A DNA stretch of 64,000 nt, from the NCBI GenBank assembly GCA_964016885.1, contig OZ024741.1, positions 333,126,001 through 333,190,000 of the forward strand, written 5' to 3'. A program made the translations under genes and the position numbers. Of the stretch, positions 28,876 to 48,627 are shown one piece after another. The notes under the pieces were generated by a model. That model worked only from the letters and a program-made list of their open reading frames with translations. It was not told the DNA's origin and did not search any database. Position 1 is the first letter of the stretch, and each line of letters begins with the position of its first letter. The stretch is from Eledone cirrhosa (lineage: Eukaryota).

Positions 28876-29286
28876 GGGAGAGATGACCCCTTAGCCTTTG
28901 TCAAGGCAGAATTCTAGGAGAAGGAAAACTCTGATATAACACCTGCAACCCTGATGGTATCCAATGATGTTGACTTGTTCTTCTTTTTGGTAAATATCAT
29001 CTTGGTTAAGAGAGTGGGACTGGCTTTGTGCAGTGCCTTTGCTCACTATAAAAGCTTCACGGCACAGGCATTGCTTTATATCTGGAGATCTCTCTGCATT
29101 TGTCGTCACATGGTACCATGGGCCCAGCACTATGTGTCAATAATTGTCACAAGTGTAGTGTTTGTACCAGAGCTTTCAAGTCGCTGGCTGGACTAAAAAG
29201 TCACACTCGTTCAGCGCATCAGTAGGGGTTCTCCTACATGGATATAAAGTAGTGGCCGTACTCGAAAACGAGTTGGCAGCCACCAT
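28876..29286 (+). mobile_element. 5'-truncated copy of the 28089 element
   Basis: Near-identical to 28244-28652; same 3' end ggcagccaccat. Confidence 0.85.
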
Positions 29287-32227
<2,941 letters not shown>

Positions 32228-32427
32228 NNNNNNNNNNNNNNNNNNNNNNNNNNNNNNNNNNNNNNNNNNNNNNNNNNNNNNNNNNNNNNNNNNNNNNNNN
32301 NNNNNNNNNNNNNNNNNNNNNNNNNNNNNNNNNNNNNNNNNNNNNNNNNNNNNNNNNNNNNNNNNNNNNNNNNNNNNNNNNNNNNNNNNNNNNNNNNNNN
32401 NNNNNNNNNNNNNNNNNNNNNNNNNNN
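32228..32427. other. Assembly gap (200 N)
   Basis: Run of N. Confidence 1.
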
Positions 32428-32678
32428 GACCACTTTACAGTGTGGGCTGGGTGCTTTTTTTGCCGTGGCACCTCCACGACCACTTTACAGTGTGGACTGG
32501 GTGCTTTTTTGCCGTGGCACCTCCACGACCACTTTCAGTGTGGCTGGTTGCTTTTTTGCCGTGGCACCTCCACGACCACTTTACAGTGGGGGCTGGGTGC
32601 TTTTTTTGCCATGGCACCTCCACGACCACTTTGCAGTGGATGATAGGGATCCCAGTCCTATCATCTCATTTCTACAGC
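32428..32678 (-). mobile_element. SINE family 1 fragment with ~50-bp unit amplified in tandem (about 4.5 copies)
   Basis: Repeats of gaccactttacagtgtgggctgggtgcttttttgccgtggcacctccac next to the gap. Confidence 0.8.
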
Positions 32679-32717
32679 TAATTCTGGCAATATTACGCAA
32701 ATATGACCCTCCCCAAG

Positions 32718-35703
<2,986 letters not shown>

Positions 35704-38700
35704 TCGAGGGTTTCTCTTAGTAGTTTTTTCATGACGTTATTATTGTTAATTTTACTGATGTAGTATTAACTTATTAACTTGGATATTTACCATGCGGTAT
35801 TCTATCCTATTGTATCTCACTCAGTTATTTACCATGCGACCCTCAGTTCCTACCCCCCCCCTCTCTATGCACTTCTTTAAGGCTTACTACCCTGTCTTTA
35901 ACTTAATTCATTCAATCTGAAAATATTGAAGAGATAAGACACTTTCCCATTCTTCTCTGCTAAAATGTATCACTAGAGCTGATTCCAATTTTTCCAGCCA
36001 TCCATCTAATCTACGAAGGTATTTTAGCCTACATATTGTCGTTAATATTATGATGTTCCCTGCTGTATTAGCGTTAAATTTTCCCTGCTGTATTAGCGAT
36101 AAATTTTCGAGGGTTTCTCTTAGTAGTTTTTTCATGACGTTATTATTGTTAATTTTACTGATGTAGTATTAACTTGGATATTTACCATGCGACCCTCAGT
36201 TCCTATCCCCCCTCTCTATGCACTTCTTTAAGGCTTACTACCCTGTCTTTAACCTAATTCATTCAATCTGAAAATATTGAAGAGATAAGACACTTTCCCA
36301 TTCTTCTCTGCTAAATTGTATCACTAGAGCTGATTCCAATTTTCCAGCCATCCATCTAATCTACGAAGGTATTTTAGCCTACATATTGTCGTTAATATTA
36401 TGATGTTCCCTGCTGTATTAGCGATAAATTTTCGAGGGTTTCTCTTAGTAGTTTTTTCATGACGTTATTATTGTTAATTTTACTGATGTAGTATTAACTT
36501 ATTAACTTGGATATTTACCATGCGGTATTCTAATCCTATTGTATCTCTCTCAGTTATTTACCATGCGACCCTCAGTTCCTACCCCCCCGCCCTCTCTATG
36601 CACTTCTTTAAGGCTTACTACCCTGTCTTTAAACCTAATTCATTCAATCTGAAAATATTGAAGAGATAAGACACTTTCCCATTCTTCTCTGCTAAAATGT
36701 ATCACTAGAGCTGATTCCAATTTTTCAGCCATCCATCTAATCTACGAAGGTATTTTAGCCTACATATTGTCGTTAATATTATGATGTTCCCTGCTGTATT
36801 AGCGTTAAATTTTCCCTGCTGTATTAGCGATAAATTTTCGAGGGTTTCTCTTAGTAGTTTTTCATGACGTTATTATTGTTAATTTTACTGATGTAGTATT
36901 AACTTGGATATTTACCATGCGACCCTCAGTTCCTATCCCCCCTCTCTATGCACTTCTTTAAGGCTTACTACCCTGTCTTTAACCTAATTCATTCAATCTG
37001 AAAATATTGAAGAGATAAGACACTTTCCCATTCTTCTCTGCTAAATTGTATCACTAGAGCTGATTCCAATTTTTCCAGCCATCCATCTAATCTACGAAGG
37101 TATTTTAGCCTACATATTGTCGTTAATATTATGATGTTCCCTGCTGTATTAGCGATAAATTTTCGAGGGTTTCTCTTAGTAGTTTTTTCATGACGTTATT
37201 ATTGTTAATTTTACTGATGTAGTATTAACTTATTAACTTGGATATTTACCATGCGGTATTCTAATCCTATTGTATCTCTCTCAGTTATTTACCATGCGAC
37301 CCTCAGTTCCTACCCCCCCCGCCCTCTCTATGCACTTCTTTAAGGCTTACTACCCTGTCTTTAACCCTAATTCATTCAATCTGAAAATATTGAAGAGATA
37401 AGACACTTTCCCATTCTTCTCTGCTAAAATGTATCACTAGAGCTGATTCCAATTTTTCCAGCCATCCATCTAATCTACGAAGGTATTTTAGCCTACATAT
37501 TGTCGTTAATATTATGATGTTCCCTGCTGTATTAAGCGTTAAATTTTCCCTGCTGTATTAGCGATAAATTTTCGAGGGTTTCTCTTAGTAGTTTTTTCAT
37601 GACGTTATTATTGTTAATTTTACTGATGTAGTATTAACTTATTAACTTGGATATTTACCATGCGGTATTCTAATCCTATTGTATCTCTCTCAGTTATTTA
37701 CCATGCGACCCCTCAGTTCCTACCCCCCCTCTCTATGCACTTCTTTAAGGCTTACTACCCTGTCTTTAAACTTAATTCATTCAATCTGAAAATATTGAAG
37801 AGATAAGACACTTTCCCATTCTTCTCTGCTAAAATGTATCACTAGAGCTGATTCCAATTTTTCCAGCCATCCATCTAATCTACGAAGGTATTTTAGCCTA
37901 CATATTGTCGTTAATATTATGATGTTCCCTGCTGTATTAGCGTTAAATTTTCCCTGCTGTATTAGCGATAAATTTTCGAGGGTTTCTCTTAGTAGTTTTT
38001 TTCATGACGTTATTATTGTTAATTTTACTGATGTAGTATTAACTTGGATATTTACCATGCGACCCTCAGTTCCTATCCCCCCTCTCTATGCACTTCTTTA
38101 AGGCTTACTACCCTGTCTTTAACCTAATTCATTCAATCTGAAAATATTGAAGAGATAAGACACTTTCCCATTCTTCTCTGCTAAATTGTATCACTAGAGC
38201 TGATTCCAATTTTTCCAGCCATCCATCTAATCTACGAAGGTATTTTAGCCTACATATTGTCGTTAATATTATGATGTTCCCTGCTGTATTAGCGTTAAAT
38301 TTTCCCTGCTGTATTAGCGATAAATTTTCGAGGGTTTCTCTTAGTAGTTTTTTCATGACGTTATTATTGTTAATTTTACTGATGTAGTATTAACTTATTA
38401 ACTTGGATATTTACCATGCGGTATTCTAATCTATTGTATCTCTCTCAGTTATTTACCATGCGACCCTCAGTTCCTACCCCCCCCCCCCGCCCTCTCTATG
38501 CACTTCTTTAAGGCTTACTACCCTGTCTTTAACCTAATTCATTCAATCTGAAAATATTGAAGAGATAAGACACTTTCCCATTCTTCTCTGCTAAAATGTA
38601 TCACTAGAGCTGATTCCAATTTTTCCAGCCATCCATCTAATCTACGAAGGTATTTTAGCCTACATATTGTCGTTAATATTATGATGTTCCCTGCTGTATT

Positions 38701-38837
38701 AGCGTTAAATTTTCCCTGCTGTATTAGCGATAAATTTTCGAGGGTTTCTCTTAGTAGTTTTTTCATGACGTTATTATTGTTAATTTTACTGATGTAGTAT
38801 TAACTTGGATATTTACCATGCGACACTCAGTTCCTAC
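35704..38837. repeat. Tandem array of 8 full monomers (403, 325, 406, 325, 409, 404, 352, 410 bp) plus one partial
   Basis: Marker tcgagggtttctc at 35704, 36107, 36432, 36838, 37163, 37572, 37976, 38328, 38738. Units are nearly identical apart from modular indels. Confidence 0.97.
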
Positions 38838-39078
38838 CTCACAATTTCCTTCCCCCCCACCCCCACACACCACCATAGTCTATTCGACCAATCAAACCTA
38901 GCATGCCATTTCCACTGCTGCTGCTACTACCTGCCTAACTAACTCTCTCCTCCTCTGGCGCATCCCAACACACCCTGCCATTACCCCACCACCACTGTCC
39001 TTCTAGCCCTCAATTTTCCCACCGTTATGGATGGATGAGCTGGGAATACACGAGCAACTCTGAATCAATAGATGAAAT

Positions 39079-42000
39079 ATGAATCTGCGAGCTACCAAGC
39101 ACCCACGTGAAGCGCCAACCCAGAGACCCTCCCCTACGAGTGTCGACAAATGCCCGAAACTCCGAGTTGGTACCATCAATGTAGGCTCAATGAAAGGAAG
39201 AGCAGGAGAAATCGTAGAAATGCTAGAGCGAAAGGAAGTTGATGTATGCTGTGTGCAAGAGACTAGATGGAGAGGAGGGTCTGCTAGAGTCCTTGTAGGA
39301 AAAAGCCAGTGCTACAAATTTTTCTGGGTGGGAAATGACGATGGGATGGGTGGTGTAGGTATACTATTAGCTGACAAGTGGGTAGATAAAGTAATCTCAG
39401 TGTACAGGGTAAATGCAAGAATCATTAAACTCAGACTAGTCCTGAATAAGACAATTACCACAATAATATCAGCTTACGCACCCCAATCGGGGCTGCCAGA
39501 CGAACTTAAGGATAGGTTTTACGAGTCCCTAATACACACTACTGCTCTAACAGACGACAAGGACTTCCGAATCATTGCAGGAGATTTTAACGGACACGTA
39601 GGTAAACACTGCGACGGCTTCAATAGAGTACATGGAGGCCATGGAGTTGGCACAAGGAATGAGGAAGGATTCAGACTTCTAGAATTCTGCGACGCCAATG
39701 ACATGTCGATATGTAACACAAACTTTAAAAAACCCGACAACCACCTGATCACCTATAGATCAGGGGAGCACTCTAGTCAGTTAGATTTTATCCTCATCAG
39801 AGGACGTGACAGATGGACGGTCGTAAACACAAGAGCCTTCCCTAGTGAGGAATGTACATCCCAACATAGCTTAGTTGTCAGCGACCTCACGGTCAGAACT
39901 AGACGAGCCCTGAAACAGAGGCCAACCTGGAGAAGAAAGATCTGGAAGCTGAAAGTCCCCTCAACCAGTAACAGATTTAAAGATATTTTACTCAACGCCT
40001 ACAACAGTAAAGAAGAACAGATAAAGACATTTAACGTAGAAGAGAACTGGGAGTTCCTAAAAAATAACTTACTAGAGGCGACGGATGAGGTTTGTGGCTG
40101 GAGTAAGACCTCAAGCAGGAGGAGAGTGACTTGGTGGTGGAACAATAAGGTAGATGAAGCAGTCAAGGCCAAGAGACAGGCATGGAAAGAATGGAAGAAC
40201 GGGGGGAGCAGGGTACATTACATAGAGACCAAGAGGGAAGCTAGGCGACAAGTATACTTAGCTAGGAGGGAAGCAGAGGATAGAAAATTCAAGCATGTTT
40301 TACAACGTGAGGACCAGAAACAGGAGGTATTCAAGATTGCGAGGCAGTGTGTCAGAGATAGTTGTGATGTCATTGGAGAGAAGTGTATCCGGAATGATAA
40401 AGGTGAGCTTGCCCTCACAAGTGCTGAGAAGAAAGATGCATGGAAGAGTCATTATGATAGATTACTAAATGAGGAGAATGCATGGGAAGAAGAGACCCTA
40501 CCCCACGTAGACCCTATAGAGGGACCAGCAGTACAAGTCAGCGGCAGCGTAGTAAGTAAGGCAATCAGAGATATGAAGATAGGGAAGGCAACCGGTCCAT
40601 CGGGTATAGCTGCCGAGATGCTGAAGGCATCTGGGTCTGTAGGTCACACTATAACCACACGTATCGTTAACCAGGTAATACTAGAGGGGGCCATACCAAA
40701 AGATTGGTGCAGTAGCATCATTGTCAACTGCTACAAAGGTAAAGGCGATGCACTAGATAGAGGAAACTATAGAGGTATAAAGTTGATGGACCAGGTCATG
40801 AAAGTAACAGAAAGAGTTATAGCACAGCTGATTAGGGACCGGGTGAATATAGACGAGATGCAATTTGGGTTTGTACCAGGGAAAGGCACCACTGATGCCC
40901 TCTTCCTTGTGAGGCAATTACAGGAAAAGTACCTAGCTAAAAGTAAGCCACTCTACTTGGCATTTGTCGACCTTGAGAAAGCCTTTGACAGAGTTCCACG
41001 TGCAGTAATCTGGTGGGCTCTTAGAAAACTAGGAGTAGATGAATGGCTTGTGAAAGCGGTACAAGCCATGTATAGGGGAGCAGTCAGCAAAGTTAGGATT
41101 GGCAATGAGTATAGCGAGGAATTTAGCGTACAGGTTGGGGTCCACCAGGGCTCTGTTCTTAGCCCTCTCCTGTTCATCATAGTCCTGCAGGCAATAACGG
41201 AGGAGTTTAAGACCGGATGCCCATGGGAACTCCTGTATGCTGATGACCTCGCACTCATAGCTGAATCTATGGTTGAACTAGAGAATAAATTCCAAACCTG
41301 GAAGCAGGGACTAGAGAGAAAGGGCCTCAAAGTCAACATGACAAAGACTAAGGTCCTTATAAGTAGACGAGAAAACAGAACCCAAATCCCCTCAGGGAAA
41401 TGGCCTTGCTCAGTATGTAGGAAAGGTGTAGGTAGGAACTCCATTCTTTGCCCCAAATGCAAACAATGGGTACACAAGAGATGTAGCGGGATCTCAGGAA
41501 GCTTAATTAAGAATGTAGGATTCACATGCAGCAGCTGTGCTGAAACAGCAAGCAAACAGCCACAGGAAACAAGTACCACCAATCTCTGGGAGGGCCCTGT
41601 AGAAACAGTAGACAGCTTCTGCTACCTAGGTGACCGAATTAGCAACGGAGGTGGGTGCTCAGAAAGTACAATAACTAGGGTAAGAACGGGATGGAAGAAG
41701 TTTAGGGAACTACTACCACTGCTAGCTGCAAAAGGCTTCTCCCTCAGAATGAAAGGCAGACTGTATGATGCGTGTATCCGAACAGCGATGTTGCATGGTA
41801 GTGAGACCTGGGCGCTGAAGGTGGAAGACTTACGTAGATTAGAGAGAAACGAAGCCTGCATGCTCCGATGGATGTGTAACAGTAATATACGTGAACGACA
41901 AAGCATAAAGGAATTGAGAGAGAGACTGAGCATAAGAGGAATCAAATGCTGCGTGCAGGAGAGGCGGTTACGCTGGTATGGACATGTGATGCGTATGAAG

Positions 42001-42198
42001 GATGACAGCTGCATAAAAAGGTGCAGAGCACTAGAAGTTGATGGAAACCGCGGAGTGGGGAGACCCAAGATGACTTGGGATGAGGTGATAAAAGCCGACC
42101 TTACCCAACTACACCTCTCAAAGACAATGACACACGACCGTGACTTCTGGCGTCACGCAGTAATACAGGGTACCCGACCTCCCATGGGTACATGCTGA
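39079..42198 (+). CDS. Intact RTE-clade non-LTR retrotransposon ORF (APE endonuclease + reverse transcriptase with inserted PHD finger), family RTE-A, 1039 aa
   Basis: APE motifs VGTINVGSM, CCVQETRW, SAYAPQ, IAGDFNGHVG, SQLDFIL, SQHSLVV. RT motifs NYRGIKL, QFGFVPG, FVDLEKAFDRV, GVHQGSVLSPLLF, LLYADDL, FCYLG. RTE-type C-terminus RRLRWYGHVMR...GRPKMTW. No stops or frameshifts; in-frame TGA just upstream of the ATG. Confidence 0.97.
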   Translation: MNLRATKHPREAPTQRPSPTSVDKCPKLRVGTINVGSMKGRAGEIVEMLERKEVDVCCVQETRWRGGSARVLVGKSQCYKFFWVGNDDGMGGVGILLADKWVDKVISVYRVNARIIKLRLVLNKTITTIISAYAPQSGLPDELKDRFYESLIHTTALTDDKDFRIIAGDFNGHVGKHCDGFNRVHGGHGVGTRNEEGFRLLEFCDANDMSICNTNFKKPDNHLITYRSGEHSSQLDFILIRGRDRWTVVNTRAFPSEECTSQHSLVVSDLTVRTRRALKQRPTWRRKIWKLKVPSTSNRFKDILLNAYNSKEEQIKTFNVEENWEFLKNNLLEATDEVCGWSKTSSRRRVTWWWNNKVDEAVKAKRQAWKEWKNGGSRVHYIETKREARRQVYLARREAEDRKFKHVLQREDQKQEVFKIARQCVRDSCDVIGEKCIRNDKGELALTSAEKKDAWKSHYDRLLNEENAWEEETLPHVDPIEGPAVQVSGSVVSKAIRDMKIGKATGPSGIAAEMLKASGSVGHTITTRIVNQVILEGAIPKDWCSSIIVNCYKGKGDALDRGNYRGIKLMDQVMKVTERVIAQLIRDRVNIDEMQFGFVPGKGTTDALFLVRQLQEKYLAKSKPLYLAFVDLEKAFDRVPRAVIWWALRKLGVDEWLVKAVQAMYRGAVSKVRIGNEYSEEFSVQVGVHQGSVLSPLLFIIVLQAITEEFKTGCPWELLYADDLALIAESMVELENKFQTWKQGLERKGLKVNMTKTKVLISRRENRTQIPSGKWPCSVCRKGVGRNSILCPKCKQWVHKRCSGISGSLIKNVGFTCSSCAETASKQPQETSTTNLWEGPVETVDSFCYLGDRISNGGGCSESTITRVRTGWKKFRELLPLLAAKGFSLRMKGRLYDACIRTAMLHGSETWALKVEDLRRLERNEACMLRWMCNSNIRERQSIKELRERLSIRGIKCCVQERRLRWYGHVMRMKDDSCIKRCRALEVDGNRGVGRPKMTWDEVIKADLTQLHLSKTMTHDRDFWRHAVIQGTRPPMGTC

Positions 42199-42503
42199 AG
42201 CAAATAAACAATATGCCCCCCCCCCCCCCACCACAAGGTGGTCGTGGAGGTGCCACGGCAAAAAAGCACCCAGCCCACACTGTAAAGTGGACGTGTAGGC
42301 GCCACAAAAAAGCACCCAGCACTCACTGTAAATGAGGTTGGTGTTAGGAAGGGCATCCAGCTGTAGAAATCAAGCCAGATCAGTTCCTGTATGAGCAAGG
42401 CATGGTCAGCCGACCAGACACTGCCCACAACAGGACAACCCGTCTAACCCATGCTAGCGTGGAAGAACGGACGTAAAACGGTGATGATGATGATGATGAT
42501 GAT

Positions 42504-42542
<39 letters not shown>

Positions 42543-42544
<2 letters not shown>

Positions 42545-42863
42545 CAATATTAAATAAATGGAAACTATATTTATAAAACCATATTTATTTCATTATATAT
42601 ATTTCGGGGATATCATATTAACAATATGCTATGCCTTCCTCAGACAAAATACAATATAAACAGTTTTATAGATAAATAGATTTGACATACCGTAATAACT
42701 CCGACTTGCATTTTACGAGGTTGAATCTATTTATCTATAAAACTGTTTATATTGTATTTTGTCTGAGGAAGGCATAGCATATTGTTAATATGATATCCCC
42801 GAAATATATATAATGAAATAAATATGGTTTTATAAATATAGTTTCCATTTATTTAATATTGTA
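42543..42863. repeat. Inverted repeat, 140-bp arms, 41-bp spacer
   Basis: tacaatattaaataaatgg...agatt (42543-42682) vs aatct...ccatttatttaatattgta (42724-42863). Confidence 0.95.
42755..42820 (+). ncRNA. Type I hammerhead (family F3); mirror copy at 42586-42651 (-)
   Basis: tattttgt-CTGAGGA-agg...catatt-gtt-aatatg...cc-GAAA-tatata-TA-atgaaata. Confidence 0.78.
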
Positions 42864-42950
42864 AATATACTCCAAATATTTGTCGAGTGCTTTTATATCA
42901 GTTATAAATATTTACTAGTTGTAACCCAACAATTTTAAATATAACTTTCC

Positions 42951-46919
<3,969 letters not shown>

Positions 46920-47089
46920 TACATATCAAAATATATAAGAACCGTAGAGCAAATATCAGTTTCAGAAGATCCCGTTAAGGGTGAAAGCAGCGATTCTTTG
47001 CTTAAACTTTAATCTGTTATTTTAATAAATATATATATAAAAACAGAGTTTTGTAGCTTGCCTGAAGCATTGTTGAATAGGCAACGCAA

Positions 47090-47261
47090 ATTTAAATAAT
47101 TTTGAAAACCAGAACAATGCGTTAGTAAGACCATTAAATTGTCAAGATAACAAAAGTATCTTACCGTAGCAATTAAATTTGCTAAGGTAAGATTCTTTTG
47201 TTATCTTGGCAATTTAATGTTCTTACTAATGCATTGTTTTGGTTTTCAAAATTATTTAAAT
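47090..47261. repeat. Imperfect 172-bp palindrome
   Basis: atttaaataattttgaaaacca...tagcaa-ttaaat-ttgcta...tggttttcaaaattatttaaat. Confidence 0.9.
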
Positions 47262-47350
47262 ATATATATATATATCAATATACATATATAAATATATATA
47301 TATATCAATATACATATATAAATATATATATATATATCAATATATATATT

Positions 47351-47472
47351 GTGAAGGCATGTGGCTGAGTGGTTAGAGAATTGGATTCACAATCTTGAGA
47401 TTGTGAGTTCGATTCCTGGACCCGGCGATGCGTTATGTCCTTGAGCAAGACACTTTATTTCACGTTGCTCCT
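47351..47472 (+). mobile_element. tRNA-derived SINE head
   Basis: tggctgagtggttagag...gagttcgattcc...ccttgagcaagacactttatttcac. Confidence 0.8.
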
Positions 47473-47613
47473 TCTACCTGGAGGTGCGACCGATAGATAT
47501 TATTAGCAACTGGAAAGACCGACGAAAACATTGTTTCGTCGGTCCGATTTGATGAAAGTCGATCGATCCGAAAAAAAAATATATATATATCATATATATC
47601 ATATATATATATA

Positions 47614-47806
47614 TAGGAATGAGTAGGACCCCGACGGCTGAGCTCAAGCCGTTTCGACGGCTAATTCTGGACTAATTAGCTGTCGAAACGGCTTGAGCTC
47701 AGCCGTCGGGGTCCTACTCGTTCCTATTACCCACTCTACTATCCTAAGTATTGAGTACTTTGGTGCGTTATGGTCCACCTGGTTCCTTACCACATTTCCT
47801 TCGTTA
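47614..47806 (+). mobile_element. Hairpin-plus-tail element (F9), copy 3
   Basis: Palindrome 47614-47726 + same tail. Confidence 0.85.
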
Positions 47807-47974
47807 TATATATATATATATATATATATGCTTGGTGGTCACCGATCTGTCCAGCTTGTTTGTCTACCAGCATATCATGGAAAAAATTATACATCTCATA
47901 TGTATTTTGTCTGTTTTTGTTTATGTTATAAATAGAGCTGATATAAAGTATATATCTTTCGTTTATTGGCAGTA

Positions 47975-48145
47975 TCGGTAGAGGGTTGGACGCCATGCTT
48001 TCCAGCATAGTTACGTCCCTTTACGATCTGAGTTCAAATCCCGCTGAGGTTGACTTTGCCTTTCATCCTTACAGGGTCGATAAAATAAAGTACCAGTAAT
48101 GCACTGGGATAATTGCTGGCCTTGTGCCTAAAGTAGAAACAATTA
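47975..48145 (+). mobile_element. SINE family 2 (gttcaaatcc...ctttgcctttcatcc..gggtcgataaaataaagtaccag)
   Basis: B-box-like gagttcaaatcc plus a conserved body; further copies at ~13495-13790(-), 13820-13950(+), 16365-16480(-), 22470-22660(-), 50180-50360(-), 51630-51990(-). Confidence 0.8.
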
Positions 48146-48203
48146 TATATATATATATATATATCATCATCATACGTCCGCTTTTCCCTGCTTGCAAGGG
48201 TTG

Positions 48204-48269
<66 letters not shown>

Positions 48270-48627
48270 TTAAGTCCCATTTGTAAATTCTTGGGTTGAA
48301 AGGTGAATGATAACCTGTATTGAACATTGTTTCTGGATTCTAATGATGGATTGGGTTTCTGATTGTGAATTGTATCACGTTTCCATTTAATATTTTTACA
48401 TTAATTGCTAATTTTGTATTTAATGGTTAATTCTAAATGATGTTCTCTTTGTTAATTTTTAGTTTGAATTTTTTTTCTATTTTCTTAAGTACTGACTTGA
48501 CTAACTAGCAGGAAAAATGGACGTTACATAGTAATGGCAATATACATTACAATCATTTTTAATAATTCTTCTTTCATGGAGCAGACTGTTTCAATAAAAC
48601 ATCAGTTATTCTTCCACATTATTATTA

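Larger units (their letters stand above)
35704..42505 (+). mobile_element. Putative full-length RTE-A LINE: tandem-monomer 5' region + unique leader + ORF + 3' UTR ending in (GAT)n
   Basis: Continuous non-microsatellite block bounded by (TA)n on both sides. 3' end reads ...ggacgtaaaacggtgatgatgatg, a short-repeat tail typical of RTE. Inclusion of the array is inferred from its seamless junction with the leader at ~38838. Confidence 0.75.

Noticed and set aside
32228-32643. C-terminal extension of the 659-aa RT ORF
   Set aside because: Reads through the N gap into an unrelated SINE repeat.
35704-38837. Array as CRISPR-like or as hammerhead retrozyme multimer
   Set aside because: No unique spacers. 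The closest motifs (CTGATGT, CTGAGGG, CTGAAAA) lack a complete core with compatible stems, although gagggt/accctc can pair.
39519-42068. Antisense ORFs over the RTE coding region (also over the RTE-B and CR1 copies)
   Set aside because: Shadow ORFs of a genuine sense-strand gene; no motifs.
46955-47000. Hammerhead-like CAGAAGA-tccc-gttaa-gggt-GAAA
   Set aside because: Core mutated and no convincing stems I/III; at most a decayed relic.
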